Shown here one piece after another: positions 36,859-43,675 of a stretch of 43,675 nt of DNA. A program made the translations under genes and the position numbers. Position 1 is the first letter of the stretch. Each line of letters starts with the position of its first letter. Under the pieces are notes generated by a model, which saw only the letters and a list, made by a program, of their open reading frames with translations, did not search any database and was not told the origin of the DNA. The DNA is from Actinomycetota bacterium (GTDB lineage Bacteria > Actinomycetota > UBA4738 > HRBIN12): NCBI GenBank assembly GCA_038244455.1, contig JBBRTK010000003.1, positions 1 through 43,675 on the forward strand, read 5' to 3'.

Positions 36859-38706
36859 TCAGTTGCGGTTGGCGAGCGTCTTCTCGACGACCTCGAGGAT
36901 CTCGTCGCGGACCAGCTCGTCGCGCTGAACCAGCGCGGTGCGAAGCGCGGTGTGGACGTCGCGGTTCTCTTCCAGCACGGCCCGCACACGCTCCTTCTGC
37001 GCCACCAGGATGTCTTCGACCCGGGCCTTGCCCTCGCTGTCACCGAGCACACGGGCCACCAGGTTCTTGCCGCCCAGCGGGCCTTCGTTCATGGCATCGA
37101 AGCTGATGAGCGAACCCGCCATGCCGAACGAACCAACCATGCGCGCGGCCAGGTCGGTCGCGTGCGCCAGGTCGTTGGCCGGCCCCGTGCCGGATTCACC
37201 GAAGACCATCTCCTCGGCCACCAGCCCGCCGAGCGCGATCGCGATGCCCGCCTCGATCTCAGTCTTGGTCTGCGTGAAGCGCTCCTCTTCTTCGCTGTGC
37301 GCGAGCAGCCCGAGCGAACCGCGGCGCTTGATGATGGACAGCACCTCCAGCCGGCGACCCTTGCCCAGGATGTAGGCGACGGTGGCGTGCCCCGCCTCGT
37401 GCGTTGCCACCGAGTCGCGGTCCGCATCCGTGTAGACCACGGGCTGCTTCGTCCCGATCTCCTCGGTGAACTTGGCTTCCATGACGTCGTCGTTGTTCAT
37501 CTCGCGGCGGCCGTTTCGCAGCGCCACCAGGAGCGCCTCGTCGAAGAGGTGCTCGATCATGACGGGCGTGTACCCGAAGGTTTCGAAGGCGAGGTGTTCA
37601 CGGGCCTCGTCCGCGTCCAGCAGCTGATGATGGGACTTGCGGGCCAGGAAGAAGTCGATCAGGTCGCGGCGTTCGGCCTTCGTGGGGACATCGAAGTAGA
37701 GGCGGCGGTCGAACCGGCCGGGGCGCAGCAGCGCCGGGTCCAGCGAGTCGGCCCGGTTGGTGGCCGCGATGAGCAGGATGTTCGAGTACGGCGGCTTCAT
37801 GGCGGCCAAACGACGGTGCGCGGGTAGGTAGCCGTTGACCCAGCCGATGAACTTCCCCTTGATCCGATCGCCCGCAGCCGGCTGGTCGAAGGACTGCATC
37901 TGGATCAGGAGTTCGTTCACCATCGCGCCCGAATCCCCGCCGCCCATGTGGGAGACGGAGCGAGCGAGTCCCTCGGACACGGGGGTCGAGTTCACGGAGG
38001 AACGCGCCATGGCGATGGCGTCGATCTCCTCGATGAACCCGATGGCGCCGCCTTCCTTGCGGGCGGCCTTGCGCAGGGCCTTGTAGAACGAACGGATCCG
38101 GTGCGCGCTCATCCCCTGCCAATGCGAGGTCATGGACGGCGCCGAGATGAACAGGAACGGCACTCCCGCTTCCTTGGCCATGGCCTTAGCCAGGAACGTC
38201 TTTCCCGTCCCCGGTGGTCCCTCGAACAAGATGCCGCGCCGCGGCGTCCCGCCGAGTTCGGCGCGGAAGGTCGCATGTCCCAAGAACACGTCCAACGAAC
38301 GAACGACCTCGTCGACCTGACTGTCCAGGCCCTTCATGTCGGTAAGGCCGACCTCCACCTGTTCGGGATAGACGACCAGGTGGGGCGAACGCCCGCTCAT
38401 CAGCGGTCCGAGGACCATGACCAGGATCGCGAGCCCGATGATGATGGCCGGGACCATGATGACGGCGTTGTCACCCATCGTCGGCAACTTGAACGGCTGA
38501 TGGCTGACGTAGCGGTAGGCGAGGAAGGCGTCGGCGAGGATGAACAACGTGGCTGCGTGCCACACCTTCTTCACGCGCGTGCGCTCGCGCTGGCGGAACA
38601 CGTCCGCGCGGCCTTGCTGCATCAATGAAGAACCACTCAGGATGTCCGCGGCGGTGGGTGCGGCGCCGATGGCCGAAGCCACTGCTGCCGGTTCCTTCTG
38701 GATCAC
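36859..38706 (-). CDS. FtsH-like membrane AAA+ zinc metalloprotease (divergent paralogue)
   Basis: Two TM helices, Walker A GPPGTGKT, Walker B FIEEID, SRH ATNRADSLDPALLRPGRFDR, HEAGH, GLVAEE, ANDL; GAGGAG RBS before the GTG at 38706. Confidence 0.85.
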   Translation of the reverse strand: MIQKEPAAVASAIGAAPTAADILSGSSLMQQGRADVFRQRERTRVKKVWHAATLFILADAFLAYRYVSHQPFKLPTMGDNAVIMVPAIIIGLAILVMVLGPLMSGRSPHLVVYPEQVEVGLTDMKGLDSQVDEVVRSLDVFLGHATFRAELGGTPRRGILFEGPPGTGKTFLAKAMAKEAGVPFLFISAPSMTSHWQGMSAHRIRSFYKALRKAARKEGGAIGFIEEIDAIAMARSSVNSTPVSEGLARSVSHMGGGDSGAMVNELLIQMQSFDQPAAGDRIKGKFIGWVNGYLPAHRRLAAMKPPYSNILLIAATNRADSLDPALLRPGRFDRRLYFDVPTKAERRDLIDFFLARKSHHQLLDADEAREHLAFETFGYTPVMIEHLFDEALLVALRNGRREMNNDDVMEAKFTEEIGTKQPVVYTDADRDSVATHEAGHATVAYILGKGRRLEVLSIIKRRGSLGLLAHSEEEERFTQTKTEIEAGIAIALGGLVAEEMVFGESGTGPANDLAHATDLAARMVGSFGMAGSLISFDAMNEGPLGGKNLVARVLGDSEGKARVEDILVAQKERVRAVLEENRDVHTALRTALVQRDELVRDEILEVVEKTLANRN

Positions 38707-38843
38707 GCAAGGCTCCTCAGCCGCCAGGCGCCAGGGGGTTGCGCCGAGGCAGCCAAAGGTACACCGGCCGGCCTCCCCCGGATACCGGCCGTTCGGCCCA
38801 AACACCGGGCCCGAAGGGTGGCCCGGCCGCTACGCTGCACGCT

Positions 38844-39203
38844 ATGGCAAGGAAGAAGCTTCCCCCGGTCAGCGAACACGACCGCCAGGTGGTCGGAGGC
38901 CTGCTCCGGGACCTTCGGAGGTTCTCCGGCTACCGATCCGTCGAAACCGCCTCCAACACGGCGAGCTGCCCGGCCTCACGCCAGTCCATCTACACCTACG
39001 AACGAGGCGAGCAACTCCCCTCCCTCCGCCAGTTCCTGGAGTTGGTCGAGTTCTACGTCCTGGAGGCCCCGGCCAAGGCGGCCCGGCCAGCCACGGACCT
39101 GCGGGCCCACGGCGTGGCCTCCGTGGTCCGCGCCCTCGAACTCCCCGCCTACCATCTCCCGCACGCCCGCGACCTCATCGCCCGCATGCAAACCGAGGAC
39201 TAA
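38844..39203 (+). CDS. XRE-family helix-turn-helix protein
   Basis: GLLRDLRR...SRQSIYTYERGEQLPSLRQFLELVEFY; TACGCT -10 7 nt before the ATG. Confidence 0.75.
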   Translation: MARKKLPPVSEHDRQVVGGLLRDLRRFSGYRSVETASNTASCPASRQSIYTYERGEQLPSLRQFLELVEFYVLEAPAKAARPATDLRAHGVASVVRALELPAYHLPHARDLIARMQTED

Positions 39204-39205
39204 CC

Positions 39206-39616
39206 GTGCCCATCTCCCTCACCGACATCGACCACATCGGCATCGCGGTGGACGACCTCGAAGCATCCGTCGCCCTCTACCAGCGCCTCCTGGGAACGCC
39301 GCCGGCCCACCGCGAACGCGTCGAAGACCAAGGCGTCGAAGAAGTGCTGTTCGCGGCGGGATCCAGCTACATCCAGTTGCTCGGCGCCCTAGGCCCGGAC
39401 ACGCCCGTGGGACGATCCTTGGCCGCGCGCGGCCCGGGTCTGCACCACATCGCCTACCGAGTGGCCGACATCGAAGCCGCCCTGGACCACTTCCGCACCG
39501 AAGGCGCCCGCCTCATCGACGACACCCCCCGCCCGGGCAGCCGCAACACCCGCATCGCCTTCATCCACCCAGGCTCCATGAACGGCGTCCTGGTCGAACT
39601 GGTCCAAGAGAGCTGA
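39206..39616 (+). CDS. mce: Methylmalonyl-/ethylmalonyl-CoA epimerase (VOC fold)
   Basis: IDHIGIAV, QGVEE, IQLL, GPGLHHIAYRVADI, LIDDTPRPGS...IAFIHP...GVLVELVQ. Confidence 0.9.
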   Translation: MPISLTDIDHIGIAVDDLEASVALYQRLLGTPPAHRERVEDQGVEEVLFAAGSSYIQLLGALGPDTPVGRSLAARGPGLHHIAYRVADIEAALDHFRTEGARLIDDTPRPGSRNTRIAFIHPGSMNGVLVELVQES

Positions 39617-39633
39617 AGCCCGGTCGCGCGCGG

Positions 39634-39657
39634 GGCGGTGGGCCCCGGCCCGCCGCC
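39634..39657. terminator. GC-rich hairpin between convergent mce and ccr
   Basis: GGCGGTGGGC-cccg-GCCCGCCGCC, a 10-bp stem with one G.U pair. Confidence 0.55.
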
Positions 39658-39666
39658 AAGCCCGAT

Positions 39667-40908
39667 CTAAGTGACGTCCTTCAGCCCGTTCGTCGGAGCT
39701 CCCACCAGAACGGCCACATTGCCCTCCGGAAGCTGACCGTCCCCCATGAGCTGATGCACGTGCCCTGTCTGGTCATATGGGTACGCGGAGCCGAGCGTCG
39801 TCTGCACCGCCCCGTCGATCACGAGTTGGTTGAAGGCGGCGGCTTGTTCGTCGTTGAAGAGGTGGGAGCCCTGGTAGCGCTTCTGCATGTACCAGAGGTA
39901 GCGGACGTCGACCATGGTGTCGTAACCGGAGGTGCCGGCGCAGATGACGATCATGCCGCCACGATCGGCGACGAAGATCGACGTAGGGATCGTGTCCTGC
40001 CCTGGGTGTTCGAAGACGATGCGGGGGCTGGTCTTCTCGCCCAGCACGTCCCAGATGGCTTTGCCGAATGCCTTCGCGCCGGCGAACCAGTCCTTCCATT
40101 CGGGGCTGTCCCAGGCCGGCGGCACGCCCCAATGGCTGAAGTCCTTGCGGTTGATGTAGCCAACCGCGCCCAGGGACTTGCAGAACTCGCCCTTCTCCTC
40201 CGAACTGACCACCGCGACGGCGCGGCCGCCGGCGTGCGCGACCAGCTGGATCGCGAGTGAACCCAGCCCGCCCGAGCCGCCCCAGACCAGGACTACATCG
40301 CCGGGTTCAACGGTGTGGGGGGGCCAGCCGTGGAGCATGCGGTAGGCGGTGGAGCCGGTGAGCGTGGGGGCCGCGGCCTCTTCCCACGTGAGGTGATCGG
40401 CCTTGGGAAGGCACTGATGTGCCTGGACCTTCGTGAATTGGGCGAACGAGCCCCAGCACGAGTCGTAGCCCCAGACGCGGAAGCTTCCCGCCAAGCCCGG
40501 GTCCTTGCCTGCCATCACCCAGGGATCGTCGTGGTTCCACTGCCCCGCGTGTACGACCACGCGATCGCCGACGGCGACGTTCGTGACCTCGGAGCCGACG
40601 GCGTAGACGATCCCGGAGGCGTCCGAACCCACGATGTGGAAGTCGGTGGGTTCGTCCCAGCGGGCCTGGCCTTTGGTGACGTCAACGGGGATGCCGCGCG
40701 CGGCCCAGACGTTGTTGAAGTTCACCCCGGCGGCCATCACGGCGACCAACGCGTCACGGGGACCCAGTTCGGGGACGTCGATCACCTCGTCCTGGATCGC
40801 TATCTCGGGTTCACCGAACCGGTCGGGGCGCACCAACTGGGCATGCATCTTCGCGGGCACCTCACCGATGGGGGGAAGCTCGCCGATCTCGTACAGGTCC
40901 TTCGCCAT
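39667..40908 (-). CDS. ccr: Crotonyl-CoA carboxylase/reductase
   Basis: KDLYEIGELPP, VMAAGVNFNNVW, HIVGSDASG, VLVWGGSGGLG, FEHPG, ICAGTSG, RYLWYMQKRYQGSH. Confidence 0.88.
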   Translation of the reverse strand: MAKDLYEIGELPPIGEVPAKMHAQLVRPDRFGEPEIAIQDEVIDVPELGPRDALVAVMAAGVNFNNVWAARGIPVDVTKGQARWDEPTDFHIVGSDASGIVYAVGSEVTNVAVGDRVVVHAGQWNHDDPWVMAGKDPGLAGSFRVWGYDSCWGSFAQFTKVQAHQCLPKADHLTWEEAAAPTLTGSTAYRMLHGWPPHTVEPGDVVLVWGGSGGLGSLAIQLVAHAGGRAVAVVSSEEKGEFCKSLGAVGYINRKDFSHWGVPPAWDSPEWKDWFAGAKAFGKAIWDVLGEKTSPRIVFEHPGQDTIPTSIFVADRGGMIVICAGTSGYDTMVDVRYLWYMQKRYQGSHLFNDEQAAAFNQLVIDGAVQTTLGSAYPYDQTGHVHQLMGDGQLPEGNVAVLVGAPTNGLKDVT

Positions 40909-40974
40909 GGATCTCACCCTTTTCGCGTGGTCGGACGGTTCGCGGGGAACGCCGGGAACCCTAACAAAGCGAAC

Positions 40975-41622
40975 TCAGCCGACGATCCGACACTCCACGG
41001 ACCCGTCGGCGCGGCCGATCAGGATCTCGCTCACCATCCCGGGTGGGAACAGTCCGTGTTCGATCACGCCCGGGGTGCCATCGAACCGGGAGGCGAGAGC
41101 CGCCGGGTCATCGACCGGACCAAGGTAGTCGGCGATGATCCCCCCGTCGGGGCTGCGTGGCACGCCGCGGGGTTCGCTCGGCGAAAGTGCCCGGAGCACC
41201 GACGCCGCGCCGAACGCCAGGAGTTCCAAGGGGATGGGGGGTGCGATGGCGTCGACGAGCTTCGACTCGTCCACGATGACGACGAATCGGTCGGCCGCCG
41301 CTTCGATGAGCTTCTCCCGCGTGTGCGCACCGCCGCCGCCCTTCACCAGCCTCCCGTCCGGCGCCACCTGGTCGGCGCCGTCGATCGCGATGTCGAGCCG
41401 CTCCACCGTTTCGAACGGTTCGATGACGAGCCCCAGGGCGCGCGCAGCCTCCTCGGTTCGAGGCGAGGTCGCCACACATCTGAGCGTGAGACCGCGCGCG
41501 GCCAAAGGACCCAGGAGCAGCTCAACGGTGGAGCCGGTTCCGAGGCCCACCGTCATGCCGTCCTCGACCAAGGCCGCGGCGGCGGCGGCCACGGCGAGCT
41601 TCTGTTCGTGCTGGCCGGTCAC
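40975..41622 (-). CDS. rpiA: Ribose-5-phosphate isomerase A
   Basis: VGLGTGST, IDGADQV, KGGGGAHTREK, PGVIEHGLF. Confidence 0.93.
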   Translation of the reverse strand: MTGQHEQKLAVAAAAAALVEDGMTVGLGTGSTVELLLGPLAARGLTLRCVATSPRTEEAARALGLVIEPFETVERLDIAIDGADQVAPDGRLVKGGGGAHTREKLIEAAADRFVVIVDESKLVDAIAPPIPLELLAFGAASVLRALSPSEPRGVPRSPDGGIIADYLGPVDDPAALASRFDGTPGVIEHGLFPPGMVSEILIGRADGSVECRIVG

Positions 41623-42530
41623 GCCCAGCCGTCGGGCCGAGCCGGCGGCTCACCGCTACCCGGCGCAGGCGGCGCCGGGGGGCCGGCCCAGCCGAGCTGC
41701 GCGGCGGTGGGCGCAACGCCCTTCTTCGGCTTGAACGAGCCCGCGAGATCGTCGGGGCTGAAGGCGCCAGACGCGTCTCCCGTGGTGGCGAACCGGTAGA
41801 GCGCGGTGTTGAACACGGCGGACAGCGCGGTGGACACCGAGATCAGCGCCATGAACGCCAGGACGAACACGATGATGCCGATGACCGGGGATGCGGCGGC
41901 AAGCAAGCCGCTCACGATGAGGACCGGGATGGCCACGAGGAACACGGCGATCCCGATCGCGGCGTTGCCGACCAGCTGCTCGCCCCAGCGCTCCTTGAAG
42001 ATGTGGCCGGAGCGCTTGATGGCGTCGCCCACCTTCGCGTCCTCGAAGATGAGCACCGGCACCACGAAGAACGTGAGGATGTTCCACGCGATGGCGCCGA
42101 TGGCCCCGACGATCCGGCCCAGGATCCCGGCCCGTTCCTGGATGGCCCGCAGGATCATGCCGACGGTCGCGTTCACAACGGCCCACATGAAGATCGGGCC
42201 CAGGTGCGCACGGGCGGCAGCGAACCCGTCCGAGAGCGTCGCCGGCTCACCCTTGAGGCGCTTCATCGCGATGGCCACGAGCGCCGCGTTGAAGAAGATG
42301 GTCACGAACGAAAGCGCGACGTACATGATGAACCCCAGGACGTAGAGCGCCGGGCTCGGACGCTGACCCTGCTGCGGGATGCCGATCCCGAAGGCGCCCG
42401 CCGCGAACACCCCGATGATGAGGAGCGAGCAGAACATCGAGACGATGGGGAGCCAGAGCAGCTCTTTGTCGGCCTTGACGACACCCCAGCTGGCTTTCGC
42501 CAGCCGGAACCCGCGTGAAACCCTGCCCAT
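41619..42530 (-). CDS. Multi-pass membrane protein (DUF6159-like)
   Basis: GFRLAKASWGVVKADKELLWLP, FFNAALV, WNILTFFVVPV, KERWGEQ, FNTALYRFA; GAGGAGG RBS. Confidence 0.7.
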   Translation of the reverse strand: MGRVSRGFRLAKASWGVVKADKELLWLPIVSMFCSLLIIGVFAAGAFGIGIPQQGQRPSPALYVLGFIMYVALSFVTIFFNAALVAIAMKRLKGEPATLSDGFAAARAHLGPIFMWAVVNATVGMILRAIQERAGILGRIVGAIGAIAWNILTFFVVPVLIFEDAKVGDAIKRSGHIFKERWGEQLVGNAAIGIAVFLVAIPVLIVSGLLAAASPVIGIIVFVLAFMALISVSTALSAVFNTALYRFATTGDASGAFSPDDLAGSFKPKKGVAPTAAQLGWAGPPAPPAPGSGEPPARPDGWA

Positions 42531-42626
42531 GGATGCCTCCTCGGTTCGTCCATCAGTTCTTCGTCGTCCGATCGGCGTGCGTTCGGACGACAGATAGCGT
42601 ATCCGCGCGGAGCAGCCGTGCCGAAC

Positions 42627-43574
42627 CTATCCGGCAGGAAGTTCAGCCGAGGGGCAGATGGTGGCTCGCGGGCACCAGCCGCAATACCGGCCAGGCGTGA
42701 GTTCGGGTTCGCGGCCGGCAAAGAGAGCGGCGGCGGCCCGAACGGCGGCCGTCACCCGGTCCGCAGCGCGGAACAGAGTCTCTTCGGTGACGTCCTCGGA
42801 CTGCCATTCGCCGCTCTCCAGGAAGAGCGAACCCACCCGGAACGGGGGCACACCGAACCGGAGCGTCAGGAGCAGCGCGTAGAACCGGTTGTCCTCCACA
42901 TGCTCCGGGTAGGCACCGCCCGTCTTGAGGTCGAGCGCGAGCCGGGTGGCCCGCATGGGATCGGTCCGGTCCTGGATCCCGAGCACCAGGTCCATCCGTC
43001 CGGACAAGACCAGTTCGCCGCCGGAGAGTTCCGCGCGCGATGACAGCTCGGCGACCGGCGCCAGCTCGCGACGCAGTTCTCGCAGCGGTGGGAACGTCCC
43101 CTGGAACTGGGTGACGCGCCGGACGGCCTCCGCGACGACCTCGTCCTGACCCGGCGGCGTCAGCGCGCCCCAATACTCGGCGAATCGTTCCTCTTTGGTG
43201 ACCAATCGCTCGACCGCGAGGTCCACGGTCTGCGCGGGACCGAGGGGTTCACGGGCGCCGACCTCGACCTCGATGGCCTTGTGTTGGAGCACTCCGGCCG
43301 CGGTGGACACGGAGTGCTCGAACGGTTCGGACTCGCCCAGGAGCCGCGCGGTGAACATGCCCTGGCACTGGGTGAGCGCCGAGAGTTTCGCCTTGCTAAG
43401 CCAGAGCTGCTCAACCAGTTCGACCCCTCGGACGGCCTCCTCGATCCGGTCACGGAGGCGTTGGGGCAGATCCGCCGGGAACAGAGGCCGCTGCTGCCCC
43501 GCTCCCAGGAGGTGCTCCATGGTCCGGCGCTGGGGGTCCGTGAGCGGCATGGGCGGGGGCTGTGTGATCTCCAT
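42627..43574 (-). CDS. PD-(D/E)XK superfamily nuclease with probable 4Fe-4S staple (RecB/AddB/Cas4-like)
   Basis: LSGRMDLV (motif II), LDLKTG (motif III), DNRFYAL (QxxxY-like); one N-terminal Cys (TQCQG) plus C-terminal CGWCPRATIC. Confidence 0.82.
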   Translation of the reverse strand: MEITQPPPMPLTDPQRRTMEHLLGAGQQRPLFPADLPQRLRDRIEEAVRGVELVEQLWLSKAKLSALTQCQGMFTARLLGESEPFEHSVSTAAGVLQHKAIEVEVGAREPLGPAQTVDLAVERLVTKEERFAEYWGALTPPGQDEVVAEAVRRVTQFQGTFPPLRELRRELAPVAELSSRAELSGGELVLSGRMDLVLGIQDRTDPMRATRLALDLKTGGAYPEHVEDNRFYALLLTLRFGVPPFRVGSLFLESGEWQSEDVTEETLFRAADRVTAAVRAAAALFAGREPELTPGRYCGWCPRATICPSAELPAG

Positions 43575-43580
43575 GGCAGG

Positions 43581-43602
43581 ATGGTAGGCGGAGATACCGA
43601 CA
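43581..43602 (-). promoter_or_regulatory. PafBC/RecA-NDp-type promoter for the leaderless nuclease gene
   Basis: Minus strand reads TGTCGG-tatctccgcc(N10)-TACCAT-6 nt-ATG, an exact match to TGTCGG-N10-TANNNT. Confidence 0.75.
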
Positions 43603-43675
43603 TGCCCGAGACCCCCGACGACATCCTTCGCGCATTGGCCGACCCGGAGCGCCTCGCGATCGCGGGCGCGCTCGC
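43602..43675 (+). CDS. 5' end of an ArsR-like winged-HTH protein (runs off the window)
   Basis: GGAG RBS, then MPETPDDILRALADPERLAIAGALA (ArsR-type 'ALADPxRLxI'). Confidence 0.6.
   Translation, partial: MPETPDDILRALADPERLAIAGAL

Noticed and set aside
38540-39205. Long N-terminal extension of the epimerase ORF; likewise extended starts for rmlD, LCP, rad50, NDP-sugar synthase and the 18920 ORF
   Set aside because: The extensions overlap other real genes or promoters; motif onset, RBS or -10 spacing point to later starts.
42627-43574. Cas4 / CRISPR locus
   Set aside because: No repeat-spacer array or other cas gene in the window; the region beyond the right edge cannot be seen.

Overview
High-GC chromosomal window, most likely from an actinobacterium. 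This is inferred from DUF3105, SpoIID-LGFP, LCP, DosS/DosR-like genes and many leaderless TANNNT promoters. No rRNA, tRNA, CRISPR array or mobile element was recognised. From left to right: (1) a cell-wall polysaccharide locus at ~750-14930 (SpoIID/LGFP protein, NDP-sugar synthase, GT2, SMR-like transporter, wzt/wzm, GT4s, rmlD/rmlB/rmlA, LCP ligase; no rmlC); (2) a degenerate REC-GGDEF protein and a DosS/DosR-like hypoxia module with USP, a cupredoxin-fused multicopper oxidase and DoxX; (3) acnA, a thioesterase and a lipoprotein; (4) a tightly coupled four-gene archaeal-style double-strand-break resection operon, nurA-herA-mre11-rad50 (25187-31252, minus strand); (5) a divergent 1013-aa membrane-anchored coiled-coil protein ending in a degenerate histidine-kinase module, behind a sigma28/WhiG-like promoter; (6) acyl-CoA metabolism genes (ACAD, thiolase, mce, ccr), an FtsH paralogue, an XRE regulator, rpiA, a membrane protein and a 4-Cys PD-(D/E)XK nuclease. 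The best lead is that both the nurA operon and the PD-(D/E)XK nuclease sit behind PafBC/RecA-NDp-type promoters ([T/C]GTCGG-N10-TANNNT). This suggests an archaeal-type resection machine wired into the actinobacterial LexA-independent DNA-damage regulon. All product calls come from motif recognition by eye; no database searches were run.
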